A stretch of 64,000 nt of DNA from Candidatus Pacearchaeota archaeon (GTDB lineage Archaea > Nanobdellota > Nanobdellia > Pacearchaeales > GW2011-AR1): contig JBBDJQ010000002.1 in NCBI GenBank assembly GCA_040879765.1, positions 5-64,004 of the forward strand, written 5' to 3'. The notes beneath the pieces were generated by a model that made no database searches, was not told the origin of the DNA, and saw only the letters and a list, made by a program, of their open reading frames with translations. Positions 48,814 through 58,586 of the stretch are shown one piece after another. Within the stretch, counting starts at the first letter, position 1. Each line of letters starts with the position of its first letter. Position numbers and translations under genes: made by a program.

Positions 48814-49806
48814 TTACTTTTTAGAAATCAATTTTACTAAATCGGCGACTCTACAAGAATAGCCTTGCTCATTATCATACCATGCAAGAATTTTTACAAG
48901 ATTACCCTCTACCTTTGTCATCTTTGAATCAATTATAGCCGAATGTGGATTTCCCAAAACATCACTTGAAACCAAATCATCTGTCGAATATTCAATTATT
49001 CTTTTCATTTTTCCTTTTGACGCTTTTTTCAAAACATCATTTACTTTCTTTATTGAAGCTGGTTTTTTTACTTCTATAACAAAATCAATTATGGAACCAT
49101 CTGGTAAGGGAGCACGTATTGCAGAGCCATCAAGCTTCCCTTTTAGTCTAGGTAAAACTTCTGCAACTGATTTTGCAGCCCCTGTTGTTGTTGGAACTAA
49201 ATTAACTGCTGCTGCTCTTCCCCTCCTAGGGTCTTTTTCATTTGAAGAATCAACTAGACTTTGGCTTGAAGTATATCCATGAACTGTTGAAAGTAGAGCG
49301 AATCTTATTCCAAAAGTCTCATCAATTATTTTTGCAACAACAGCAGAACAATTAGTTGTGCACGAAGCAACTGAAATTATTTTATGAGTTTTTTTCAAAT
49401 CTTTATCATTAACCCCGGGGACAATTGTGACATCAGACTTGTCTTTCATAGGTGCTGTAACAATCACTTTTTTAGCTCCAGAGTAAATGTGTTTCATTGC
49501 ATCTTTCTTTGTTCTAAAAGCCCCTGTGCTTTCAATAACTAAATCAATTTTGAGCCTTTTCCAGGGAAGTTTTTCAGGATTCCTCTCTCCAATAATTAGA
49601 ATCTTTTTTCCATTAACATAAATATGTCCGTCCTTGGTTTTCACTCTTCCCTTAAATTTCCCATAAACAGAATCGTATTTTATTATATACTCTGTATTTT
49701 TTATTCCATGAACATCATTTATTGCTACGACATCTATTTTCTTAGTTAGGGCTGCTCGCAAAACGCTCTCCCCAATCCTTCCAAAACCATTTATTGCTAT
49801 TCTCAT
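48814..49806 (-). CDS. gap: Type I (bacterial-type) glyceraldehyde-3-phosphate dehydrogenase
   Basis: INGFGRIG, ESTG, ASCTTNC, PTTTGAAK, WYDNE. Confidence 0.95.
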   Translation of the reverse strand: MRIAINGFGRIGESVLRAALTKKIDVVAINDVHGIKNTEYIIKYDSVYGKFKGRVKTKDGHIYVNGKKILIIGERNPEKLPWKRLKIDLVIESTGAFRTKKDAMKHIYSGAKKVIVTAPMKDKSDVTIVPGVNDKDLKKTHKIISVASCTTNCSAVVAKIIDETFGIRFALLSTVHGYTSSQSLVDSSNEKDPRRGRAAAVNLVPTTTGAAKSVAEVLPRLKGKLDGSAIRAPLPDGSIIDFVIEVKKPASIKKVNDVLKKASKGKMKRIIEYSTDDLVSSDVLGNPHSAIIDSKMTKVEGNLVKILAWYDNEQGYSCRVADLVKLISKK

Positions 49807-49867
49807 TTAAACCTCTTTTAAAAACAAACAACTGAACTTTTATAAATTTTATATTCCACCCTAAAAC

Positions 49868-50488
49868 ATGAAAAAAGAGGTTGTGCCTGCGCTTATTGCT
49901 AAAAACAAGAAAGAATTAGAAAAAAGATTTAAAGTTGTTAAAAAAAGTTTCAAGACAATTCATTTAGATTTCATGGATGGAAAGTTTGTAAAAAATAAAT
50001 CTTTGATGTTTTCTTTTAAATTGCCTAAAAAAGATTTTAGATATAGAGCCCATTTAATGGTTTCTAATCCAGAAGCTTGGATAAAAAAGAATTCTAAATT
50101 TGTTGATTCGATCATATTTCATCATGAATCTGTGAAAAATCCTGAAGAAGTCATAAAGCTAATTAGAAAAAAGAAAAAGAAGGTTGGAATTGCTATAAAC
50201 CCAAAAACAAAGGTTGAGAAAATTTCATCTCTCTTAAAAAAAGTTGATTTTATTTTAATTATGACTGTGAATCCTGGAAAATATGGTAGCAAATTTCAGA
50301 AAGCTCCATTAGCTAAGATAAGAGATATCAGGAAGATAAAATCAAAGATGAAAATTATTATTGATGGAGGGATGAATCCTAAAACCATAAAGATTGCCCG
50401 TAAAAAAGGGGCAAATAGTTTTGTTGTTGGATCATGTATTCAAAAAGCTAAAAATCCTGAAGAAGTCATAAAGAAACTAAAGCAATAG
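49868..50488 (+). CDS. rpe: Ribulose-phosphate 3-epimerase
   Basis: HLDFMDGKFV, HLMV, MTVNPG, DGG. Confidence 0.92.
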   Translation: MKKEVVPALIAKNKKELEKRFKVVKKSFKTIHLDFMDGKFVKNKSLMFSFKLPKKDFRYRAHLMVSNPEAWIKKNSKFVDSIIFHHESVKNPEEVIKLIRKKKKKVGIAINPKTKVEKISSLLKKVDFILIMTVNPGKYGSKFQKAPLAKIRDIRKIKSKMKIIIDGGMNPKTIKIARKKGANSFVVGSCIQKAKNPEEVIKKLKQ

Positions 50489-50518
50489 ATTTTAATATTC
50501 TCAATTTTTTGGTTTTCT

Positions 50519-50884
50519 ATGAAGAAGCTTATGCCTCAGGAAGTTGAAGTTTGGTATTTAATTCCTGCAATAAGAAGGGAATTTTCTAATATTTTTACAA
50601 AAGATTATAATTTAAATCAAAAGGAAACTGCTAAGATTTTGGGTATAACTGAATCTGCAGTTTCACAATACTTAAAATCTAGCAGGGGAAGTAAGGCTAA
50701 TTTTTCAATTGAAGATAAAAATAAGATAAAAATTTCTGCAGAAAAAGTAATAAATGGGAAAAAAGACTTTATGAAAGTGCTTTATAATTTATGTTTAGAT
50801 TTAAGGAAGTCTAGGACAATCTGTACAATTCATAAAAACCAAGACAAATCAGTTCCAAAAGATTGTGATATTTGTTTTGGCTAA
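50519..50884 (+). CDS. HTH transcriptional regulator with C-terminal C..H...CxxC
   Basis: IPAIRR...QKETAKILGITESAVSQY. Confidence 0.85.
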   Translation: MKKLMPQEVEVWYLIPAIRREFSNIFTKDYNLNQKETAKILGITESAVSQYLKSSRGSKANFSIEDKNKIKISAEKVINGKKDFMKVLYNLCLDLRKSRTICTIHKNQDKSVPKDCDICFG

Positions 50885-50948
50885 ATATTTAAGTTGTCAA
50901 AATCTTTGATTTTGGGACGCAGGATAGAAAATCCGCAGGGGTTTTCAA

Positions 50949-51067
50949 GCGTGGTTAGTTTAGTGGTAGAACAGGACGTTGCCAATACCAGTTTTTTAAA
51001 AAAAGTCGGCGCTCAAAAAGAGCAAAGCAAAAACGTTCAAACGCGGGTTCGATTCCCGCATCGCGCA
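50949..51067 (+). tRNA. tRNA-Gly(GCC) with a 48-nt intron at 37/38 (50985-51032)
   Basis: GCGTGGT/ATCGCGC acceptor, GGACG/CGTTC anticodon stem, GTTCGATTC; central helix TTGC/GCAA with 3-nt bulge. Confidence 0.88.
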
Positions 51068-51069
51068 TT

Positions 51070-51462
51070 TTAGAATTTCCTGCCTATTGTAATAGGAGAA
51101 CCATGATACCTTGGCTTCTCTTCGCAATTTGGACAATATGGAACAACCTCATACTCACATCTTCCCGATCCAGAAAGGGGAAAGGGACCATCATGAATTG
51201 GGTGGGCCACTTTCGCTCCTTCTACATCCACACCACAATCAACACAAGAATAGGTTACATTTTGATAATCTTGCTCATCAGACGTAGCTATATAGACAAC
51301 TGAACCTTTCATATTTTTCATAGTCAAATTCCCTTTATCGTCTCTTGAAAATTCTGGTATAAAAGCCCTCCAAGATTCTCCTCTTAAAACTTCCCTATTT
51401 CCTTCGTTTATCTCGCTTAGTTCTTCCAAAGTTTTTAAAGCCATTATCCTTTCTTTAGTCAA
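51070..51462 (-). CDS. Hypothetical protein with CxxC...CxxC Zn-finger motifs
   Basis: CVDC, CPNC; TTG start. Confidence 0.65.
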   Translation of the reverse strand: MTKERIMALKTLEELSEINEGNREVLRGESWRAFIPEFSRDDKGNLTMKNMKGSVVYIATSDEQDYQNVTYSCVDCGVDVEGAKVAHPIHDGPFPLSGSGRCEYEVVPYCPNCEEKPRYHGSPITIGRKF

Positions 51463-51482
51463 TTCTTTTTAAATTTCATCAT

Positions 51483-53090
51483 TCAATAATCATCCATGCT
51501 TATTGGCATTCCACCTTGTTTTGCTGAAGCATTGCCTGATGAAGCAATAACATCATCAATTCTCAAAATCATTGTCGCAACATCTGTAGAAGAATTTATT
51601 GCCTGTGATTTTATTTTCAAGGGTTCGAGGATTCTTGCCTGAAGTGTGTTTTCAATTTTATTTGTAAATAAATTTAATCCCGCATTTGTTTCTCCTGAAT
51701 CATGTCTCGATTTTAATTCTGTCAGAACATCTATTGGGTCTAATCCCGCATTCTCTGCAAGAGTTATTGGTATGAATTCTAAAGCTGAAGCAAATTCATC
51801 TACTGCTAATTGTTCTCTTCCCGTTAGTGATTGTCCGAATTCTCTCAGCCTTCTTGATAATTCAATTTCAACTGCCCCTCCTCCAGGAACAATCAATCCA
51901 GATTTAAGAGCACAAGAAACATCCCCCAAACCATCTTTCAAAGCCCTTTCAATTTCATCTATCACATGCTCTGTTCCCCCGTGAATTAAAATTGTCAATG
52001 CCTTAGGATTTTCGCAGCCACGAACATAAGTTAATTTATCATTCCCATGCCTTACTTGTTCAACCGTTTCTGCATTTCCTAATTCTCTTTCTGTTAATTC
52101 ATTCAAATTGCTCACAATTCTTCCGCTAGTTGCTTTTGAAATTTTTTCTAAATCATTTCTAGAAACTCTTCGGCAAGCATAAATTCCTGATCTTGAAAGA
52201 AGATATTGTGCAAAATCATCTATTCCTTTTTGACAGAAAACAACATTTGCTCCTGAAGAAATAATTTTTTCTATCATAACTTTTATGTCCCTTTCTTCTT
52301 GTTCTATGAAACTTTGCAATTGGTCTGGAGAAGAAATTGAAATTTTTGTATCAATTTCTGGGCTCTTTAATTCAAGAGGAAAATCAATAAGGCAAATTTT
52401 TGCTCCTTCAACTTTAGAAGGCATATCTTGTGAAACTTTCTCTTTATCAAAAACAATTCCAGGAATTAATTCAGTGTCTTCCATTCCATCTGATTTTGAC
52501 TTTTCTATTTTTATGTCTGAAAGATTTATGTCTCCTGAATCTTCAATTTGCCTTATTGCATCAACAATTATATCTGCAAATTTTTCTTTTGAACCTTCAG
52601 CGCCTTTTCCAGTCATTGCAGTCATAGCAATCTGTCTTAAAACTTCTCTATCTTCAGAAGTTATTTTTAAAGCAATTTCCTTTAAGATTTCTTGAGCTTT
52701 TTCAGCTGCGAGTCTATACCCTTTTGTTATAACGGTTGGATGAATTTTTTTATCCAAAAGAGTTTCGGCATTTTCCAAAAGTTTTCCTGCAATCATTACT
52801 GCAGTGGTGGTTCCATCTCCAACTTCTGTCTCTTGAGTTTTAGCAATCTCCACCATCATCTTTGCAGCTGGATGTTCTATCTGCATTTCATTAAGAATCG
52901 TAACTCCATCATTTGTAACAATTATTTCATTGGTCGGAGAAACAAGCAACTTATCCATCCCTTTTGGACCGAGGGTTGTTTTAACAATTTCAGAAACCAT
53001 TTTTGCAGCTGCAATATTATTTCTCTGGGCATCCTTCCCCATAATTCTTTGGACGTCTTCAGGCATTAGTACAATTGGTTTATCTGACAT
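51483..53090 (-). CDS. ths: Thermosome (group II chaperonin) subunit
   Basis: [35 protein letters not shown]. Confidence 0.96.
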   Translation of the reverse strand: MSDKPIVLMPEDVQRIMGKDAQRNNIAAAKMVSEIVKTTLGPKGMDKLLVSPTNEIIVTNDGVTILNEMQIEHPAAKMMVEIAKTQETEVGDGTTTAVMIAGKLLENAETLLDKKIHPTVITKGYRLAAEKAQEILKEIALKITSEDREVLRQIAMTAMTGKGAEGSKEKFADIIVDAIRQIEDSGDINLSDIKIEKSKSDGMEDTELIPGIVFDKEKVSQDMPSKVEGAKICLIDFPLELKSPEIDTKISISSPDQLQSFIEQEERDIKVMIEKIISSGANVVFCQKGIDDFAQYLLSRSGIYACRRVSRNDLEKISKATSGRIVSNLNELTERELGNAETVEQVRHGNDKLTYVRGCENPKALTILIHGGTEHVIDEIERALKDGLGDVSCALKSGLIVPGGGAVEIELSRRLREFGQSLTGREQLAVDEFASALEFIPITLAENAGLDPIDVLTELKSRHDSGETNAGLNLFTNKIENTLQARILEPLKIKSQAINSSTDVATMILRIDDVIASSGNASAKQGGMPISMDDY

Positions 53091-53203
53091 ATCAATAAAT
53101 CACGGCTCTGTTTTTTAAAGATTATTGTTATTGAAAGCATTGAAACTCTCGAGGGGTAAAGCATTATAGGAACATTATTAAGTATGGCCTTTTTACTCAG
53201 GAC

Positions 53204-53767
53204 ATGAGTAAAATAATGGTTTCGGATATAATGGGAAGAGATTTAGTGACTGTCCATCCAGATACTAATTTGGTAGAATGCGCTAAAAAAATAGTTAGGA
53301 AAAGGACTAAAAGTTTGATAATTGCTGAAGGTAAGAAATTAAGAGGATTTATTTCCCCAAAAGATATTCTTTGGGCATTCATAAAAAAGCATGATGGAGA
53401 TTTGTCAAAAGTAAAAGCCATAGATATTTCTCCTAAAAAGATAGTTACTCTTAAACCATCTAATGATATTGAAGAAGTTATAAAAAAAATTAAGCAAACA
53501 AAATTTGAGAGATTTCCGGTTGTTGAAAATGATGAACTAGTGGGGGTTTTGACCATAAAGGATATTTTAAATTATAAGCCAGAACTTTATCCTGAATTTG
53601 AAGAACTAGAAAAAATAAAGGATGAAGAAGAAAAAATAAAAAGAATTGAAGAAGAAAAAGCAGGAAAATTAGGAAATGAAGGAATTTGTGAAGAATGTGG
53701 AAATCAAGATTTATTAGTTAAATATGATGGAATGATGATTTGTGGGTCTTGCAGAGAATCGTCTTAA
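53204..53767 (+). CDS. CBS-pair protein with a C-terminal Zn ribbon
   Basis: Two CBS repeats; GICEECG...CGSC. Confidence 0.88.
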   Translation: MSKIMVSDIMGRDLVTVHPDTNLVECAKKIVRKRTKSLIIAEGKKLRGFISPKDILWAFIKKHDGDLSKVKAIDISPKKIVTLKPSNDIEEVIKKIKQTKFERFPVVENDELVGVLTIKDILNYKPELYPEFEELEKIKDEEEKIKRIEEEKAGKLGNEGICEECGNQDLLVKYDGMMICGSCRESS

Positions 53768-54360
53768 GAATAGACGATTTTGCCCTTTCCTTCCTTAGAA
53801 GATACATTGGATTCAGAAGAATTTATTCTTTTGAAGGTTGAAGAAGTACTCATATAATCCTCATTTCTTGGTACACTTCCAAAAACAACATCATAGCCTA
53901 AAGTTTTTCTTATAGCTTCTTTTTCAGCTTCACCATACCCTTTATCCCCAGTCACCAAAACTTCTGGCCTTAAAATTTTTGCAACTTCTAGAGTAGGGCT
54001 ATTTTCTATAGCTAGATGAACAGTGGAGTAATCAACCGATGCAAGCATGGCTATCCCTCTTGCCCTTCTTTCTTGTTCAAATACTGGGCTTCCAGGTCTT
54101 TTCTTTGCCTTTACTCTTTCATCGTTTCTAACATTAACTATGAGTGAAACCCTATCATCTAAAGATTCCTCATTTTCTAATCCAAGACTATTTACTAAAT
54201 ATATTACTCCATTTGACCTACAAGATTTTAAAAAATAATCATGCCCATCTGTAACCATATCAAAAGTGCCACCAGTAAGAACTAAAACTTTGTTTTTTTC
54301 ACGCTCTTCATTCGCGATTTTCTCTAAATTTGATTCGCTAAAAGGTATGTATTCTCCCAT
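53764..54360 (-). CDS. Cytidylyl/adenylyltransferase-like (HxGH fold) protein
   Basis: GGTFDMVTDGH, KRPGSPV..QERR, LRPEVLVTGD, STSS. Confidence 0.75.
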   Translation of the reverse strand: MGEYIPFSESNLEKIANEEREKNKVLVLTGGTFDMVTDGHDYFLKSCRSNGVIYLVNSLGLENEESLDDRVSLIVNVRNDERVKAKKRPGSPVFEQERRARGIAMLASVDYSTVHLAIENSPTLEVAKILRPEVLVTGDKGYGEAEKEAIRKTLGYDVVFGSVPRNEDYMSTSSTFKRINSSESNVSSKEGKGKIVYS

Positions 54361-54456
54361 TTTGCCTTAGCCTCGGGAGATATTTTGGATATATAAAGCT
54401 TCCCTTAGTAGTTTAGTTAAGTATTTAAAGAAGATTTTATTTTTGATAAAAAGAGA

Positions 54457-54963
54457 ATGGCAGAAAAAGAATCCTTATTTTCAAGTCAATTGAAGTATGT
54501 TGGAATTGTTTCGTTTAAAGATTTTTATCAGTTTTGCTATGATTGGTTGACTGAAGAAGTTGGTTTAGAGATTGCTGAAGAAAAATATGTTGAAAAGATA
54601 AAGGGGGATGGGAAAGATTTGGAGATAAAATGGGTTGGGAAAAAAGAGATTACCGATTATTTTAGATTTGATGTAAAGGTTTCTTTCAAAGTTTATGGTT
54701 TGCAAAAAGTTGAAGTAACTGAAGGTGCTGCAAAGGTTCAAACAAACAGAGGAGATTTAAGGATTAAAATTGAGGGAATAATTATTAGAGATTATAAAGG
54801 TAAATTTGAGACAACTGCTTTTAACAAATTTTTAAGGTCAATTTATGAAAAATGGGTTATTCCTTCAAGAATAGAAGAAATAAAGGCTAAAATAGTTGAA
54901 GATTCAGATGATTTTTTAGCTCAGGCAAAATCCTATTTAGATTTGGAAGGTAAGAAAGGTTAA
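54457..54963 (+). CDS. Hypothetical protein
   Basis: 168-aa ORF with typical codon usage. Confidence 0.75.
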   Translation: MAEKESLFSSQLKYVGIVSFKDFYQFCYDWLTEEVGLEIAEEKYVEKIKGDGKDLEIKWVGKKEITDYFRFDVKVSFKVYGLQKVEVTEGAAKVQTNRGDLRIKIEGIIIRDYKGKFETTAFNKFLRSIYEKWVIPSRIEEIKAKIVEDSDDFLAQAKSYLDLEGKKG

Positions 54964-55339
54964 TTATTGTTGGTCTTGGCTTCGATGAATTGTATAAATC
55001 AGTCCTAAAGTAGTTTTGTAGTTTTCTGAGTCATCTTCAGGATAAGGGCTGCTAAGCGTGCTTTCAGAAAAACTCTTCTTTAGACTCTCTTTCTTCCAGA
55101 GCTGGCAAATTTCGACACAAAGCTTCAGTAGGACTTATTATACCGCAGCAAGCTTCCCTTGCAAAATAAGCACTTTCCTCAGCTTCAAGATAGCCTTCCG
55201 AGAAAACTCTTTTAGGGTCAGAATGCGAACCTGTTTTTTCCCTTCTTTCATAAAAGATTTTATATATATTCTGGATTTAAATAATTAATTGAAATAAAAT
55301 CCCAACAAAACTTTTAAACTGCCTTTATCTAAAATTAGA

Positions 55340-56725
55340 ATGAAAAAAGAGATTTTCTTTATGATCCTGGTTATGTTGGTTTTTCCAACTCTGTCTGCAA
55401 TAAGTTTGAATGTTGAAGAGCAAGATTCATATCCAGTCATGATTCCTGAAACAAATAAGCCAGCAGAGTTTAATCTTCTTATAACAAATCTTGGACCGCT
55501 GGATAATTTAGAATTTTATAATCTTCTAGGATTTAGTATGTCTCCAAAAGGAACCATTAATTTCGATATGGGTGAAAGTAAGCTAGTTCCTATAACTATT
55601 TATCCAAGAGAAGATTTGGAGCAAAGAGGATTTTATAATTTTGGTTATTATATACGGTCCATTGATGGTACCGAAATTCAGAAAGAATTAACTTTCAAAA
55701 TAATTGATTTGGAAGATGCTTTTGAAGTTGGTTCTGGAGAAATTGACCCTGAGTCAAATCTTATGGAAGTTTATATTCATAATAGGGAAAACACAAGATT
55801 TGAGGAGATGACTACTAAATTTAATTCTTCTTTTTTTAAATTTGAAGAGACTTTTACCCTAGGACCAAATCAAAGAAAAGACTTCAATGTTACTTTAAAT
55901 AAAGAAGATTTCAAAAAATTAATTGCAGGATCTTATACTTTTGGGGTTGAAGTTCAAGTAGATGGAGGCTCAACAAGAATAGAGGGAGCAATAGAATTTG
56001 TTGAGAAAAATATTTTAACAACACAGGAAAATTATTTTGGAGGGGTTGTTAATACAGAGATAATACAAAAAAAGAATGAAGGAAATGTTTTGGCTTCTAC
56101 AGAAACCGTTATTAGAAAAAATATAATTTCTAGACTATTTACTACATTTAACCCTGAACCAGATATGGTTGATAGACAGAATGTTTTTGTTTATTACACT
56201 TGGAATCAGAACATTCCTCCTGGAGAAATTTTAACAATAACTGTTAAAACAAACTGGTTTTTCCCATTCATAATAATTATTTTGGTGGGAATTATTTTGG
56301 GTTTGGTAAAACAATATAAGAAAACTGATTTAATTTTGCGAAAGAGAGCAACTTTCGTAAAAGCTAAAGGAGGAGAATTTGCCCTAAAAGTTTCTATGAC
56401 AATTCATGCAAAAACAGATATGGATAGAATTGAGATAATTGATAGACTGCCAACTCTTGTAAAAGTCTATGAGAAATTCGGGAATGAAACTCCTAGAAGA
56501 GTTAGCGAAAAACATAGGAGAATTGAATGGGATTTTAATTCCCTATCTGCAGGAGAAACCAGAGTTGTTTCATATATAATTTATTCTAAAATCGGGGTTT
56601 TAGGGAAGTTTGTTCTTCCAGCAGCAACAGGAATTTTTGAAAAAAATGGGAAAATTCATGAGTCTCAATCCAACCAAACATTCTTTATAGCTGAACAAAA
56701 AAAAGGTGAAGAAGAATTCAATTAA
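55340..56725 (+). CDS. Secreted/membrane beta-rich surface protein
   Basis: Signal peptide, internal TM helix, Ig-like composition. Confidence 0.75.
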   Translation: MKKEIFFMILVMLVFPTLSAISLNVEEQDSYPVMIPETNKPAEFNLLITNLGPLDNLEFYNLLGFSMSPKGTINFDMGESKLVPITIYPREDLEQRGFYNFGYYIRSIDGTEIQKELTFKIIDLEDAFEVGSGEIDPESNLMEVYIHNRENTRFEEMTTKFNSSFFKFEETFTLGPNQRKDFNVTLNKEDFKKLIAGSYTFGVEVQVDGGSTRIEGAIEFVEKNILTTQENYFGGVVNTEIIQKKNEGNVLASTETVIRKNIISRLFTTFNPEPDMVDRQNVFVYYTWNQNIPPGEILTITVKTNWFFPFIIIILVGIILGLVKQYKKTDLILRKRATFVKAKGGEFALKVSMTIHAKTDMDRIEIIDRLPTLVKVYEKFGNETPRRVSEKHRRIEWDFNSLSAGETRVVSYIIYSKIGVLGKFVLPAATGIFEKNGKIHESQSNQTFFIAEQKKGEEEFN

Positions 56726-57001
56726 TCATTCTATGTTATGTCTGTGTAGATAAGATAGATTTTTTAGAAACTCGTCATCTGGAATTGATGTAGTTCTTGT
56801 TTTGGGAACTTCTTTAATTACTTCTAAAATTGCTCCAGAGATTTCTCCTACATCATCAGTAGTTGTCCCAAAACATCCTTGAAAATAATCACATATAGAA
56901 CCCGCGCAATATTCAAGAGGGACTTTTGCATTTGTACATTTAAACTTCAAAAAATCTTTTGGATTTCCATAAATTAAATCTGTAAAATTTCTGTCATCCA
57001 T
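56726..57001 (-). CDS. Hypothetical Cys-containing protein
   Basis: 91-aa ORF with 4 Cys. Confidence 0.55.
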   Translation of the reverse strand: MDDRNFTDLIYGNPKDFLKFKCTNAKVPLEYCAGSICDYFQGCFGTTTDDVGEISGAILEVIKEVPKTRTTSIPDDEFLKNLSYLHRHNIE

Positions 57002-57053
57002 GAGATTCTTTGAAACAAGAACCTTTAAAAATATTTTGAATTTATATTTTACA

Positions 57054-57254
57054 CCCCGTGTAGCTTAGTGGTAAAGCGTCTGGCTGTAGATTGCAAGGAC
57101 ACCTAACGGTTTCCTTTGCGTAACCTTCCTTTGAGTTAGTCTTTAGGGAAATCTAGCATGGACATTCCGTTAGGAATTGGATGAAATGTGAAAAGTCGAT
57201 GGAATTCAGGGTGCAGAACCCGGAAGACCCCAAGTTCGAATCTTGGCACGGGGA
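57054..57254 (+). tRNA. tRNA-Tyr(GTA) with a 129-nt intron at 37/38 (57090-57218)
   Basis: CCCCGTG/CACGGGG acceptor, TCTGG/CCGGA anticodon stem, CCAAG-TTCGAAT-CTTGG T arm; helix CTGT/GCAG with AAC bulge. Confidence 0.9.
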
Positions 57255-57540
57255 TAATTTTTCTGGAAATTATGCGGGGAAATTTATATAGCTACAGGTT
57301 TTAATTATATTTTTGAAGGATCTCATGCTGGAGAGGATAGTTCGTTTTAAGGAGATTATGCTAGAGATAAGCTTTTATTCGATGAAAATCTTATGAGGAT
57401 TGTAATGATTGAAGGAAAGAAAAGATTAATTTTAAAATAATTCTCTTTAATATGGATGAAAGAGTTTTTTATTCTGTTATTGAAAAAAGGATAATTTTCT
57501 CAACCCCAATCTTAATAAAGATTAATTCATGAATTAGATT

Positions 57541-58530
57541 ATGAAGGTAGGTGTGTCAAATCTTATTTTAATAAAAAACAAAAGAGGTATTTCAACAGTC
57601 GTTGCAACGCTTATTCTTGTACTTATATCAATAATAGCTGTCGGAATTGTCTGGGGGGTCGTACAAAATGTTATTTCAGAAAATACAAATTCAGATTCTA
57701 TTTCTCAATTCACAATAAATTTAGAAATAATTGGGGCATATGTAGATGGTTCCACAATTTTTGTAAACTTAAGAAGAAACTCTGGATCCGGAAATCTCGC
57801 AGGAGTTAATTTTATTTTTAGTAATGAGCAACAAGGACACGTTGTAAAAAGATACATTATTTTAAGTGAACTAGAATCGAGATTGTTTAATTTTACATCT
57901 TTCGAGGCACCTGGAATAGAAAATGGAGATAGGGTTTCTGTTGCGCCAATAATAGATTCTGGAAATCAACAAGTAGTGGGGGCAATTACACACTCTTTCT
58001 TGATTGGAGGTTCTGGTTCAACTGGGACTGGTTCTGGTGATGATTCAGGAGGCTCTGGAAATGAATCAGAAGAAGAAGGAAATGAATCTGGTGGAGAAAC
58101 TCCTGGAACTTGCGATGGAGTGTGGGAAGGAAGTTCAGAAGACTTAGATGTAGAATGTGATGGAACACCAACCCCAAATAATTGTTTTGAATGTCAATGT
58201 GATTTTGGTTTCTCTGGGGATGGCTCGGGAAATTGTGTGGCAGATCCAAGTATAAATACAGGGACTATAAATACAGTTTGGCCCTCAGACGCAACCAAAT
58301 ATTTTGACAGCCCAGATTTACCAACAGACGCTTCAGAAATTTCATCTTACATTGGAAAGTATGTGAATTTTAGTGGAGCAGGAGCTGATTTAAGATGCCT
58401 AAGAATTTCTTATGCAGAATACCTTGATTCTGAATTCAATAGCAGTTATATCCGTGTAGAACTCATAGCAGAATTGAACTCGGGAAATACGTACGAAGTT
58501 TGGAATTCTGAAACTTGCGGGGCTGCTTAA
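57541..58530 (+). CDS. Archaellin/type IV pilin-like protein (class III signal peptide) with G/S/E linker and Cys-rich domain
   Basis: NKRG|ISTVVATLILVLISIIAVGIVW. Confidence 0.85.
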   Translation: MKVGVSNLILIKNKRGISTVVATLILVLISIIAVGIVWGVVQNVISENTNSDSISQFTINLEIIGAYVDGSTIFVNLRRNSGSGNLAGVNFIFSNEQQGHVVKRYIILSELESRLFNFTSFEAPGIENGDRVSVAPIIDSGNQQVVGAITHSFLIGGSGSTGTGSGDDSGGSGNESEEEGNESGGETPGTCDGVWEGSSEDLDVECDGTPTPNNCFECQCDFGFSGDGSGNCVADPSINTGTINTVWPSDATKYFDSPDLPTDASEISSYIGKYVNFSGAGADLRCLRISYAEYLDSEFNSSYIRVELIAELNSGNTYEVWNSETCGAA

Positions 58531-58586
58531 TTAATCATAAAATAGAGTTCAATAATCTTTAAATACTAAAAATTTTAGTTAAAGTT

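Noticed and set aside
55058..55288. 76-aa plus-strand ORF
   Set aside because: GTG start, atypical F/S-rich composition, no motif
57090..57218. C/D-box guide, hammerhead or group I intron in tRNA-Tyr
   Set aside because: No CUGA D box or CUGAUGA core, too short for group I, and the boundaries fit endonuclease splicing
57270..57440. Gene remnant downstream of tRNA-Tyr
   Set aside because: Only fragmentary frames of about 30 aa or less with no identifiable family
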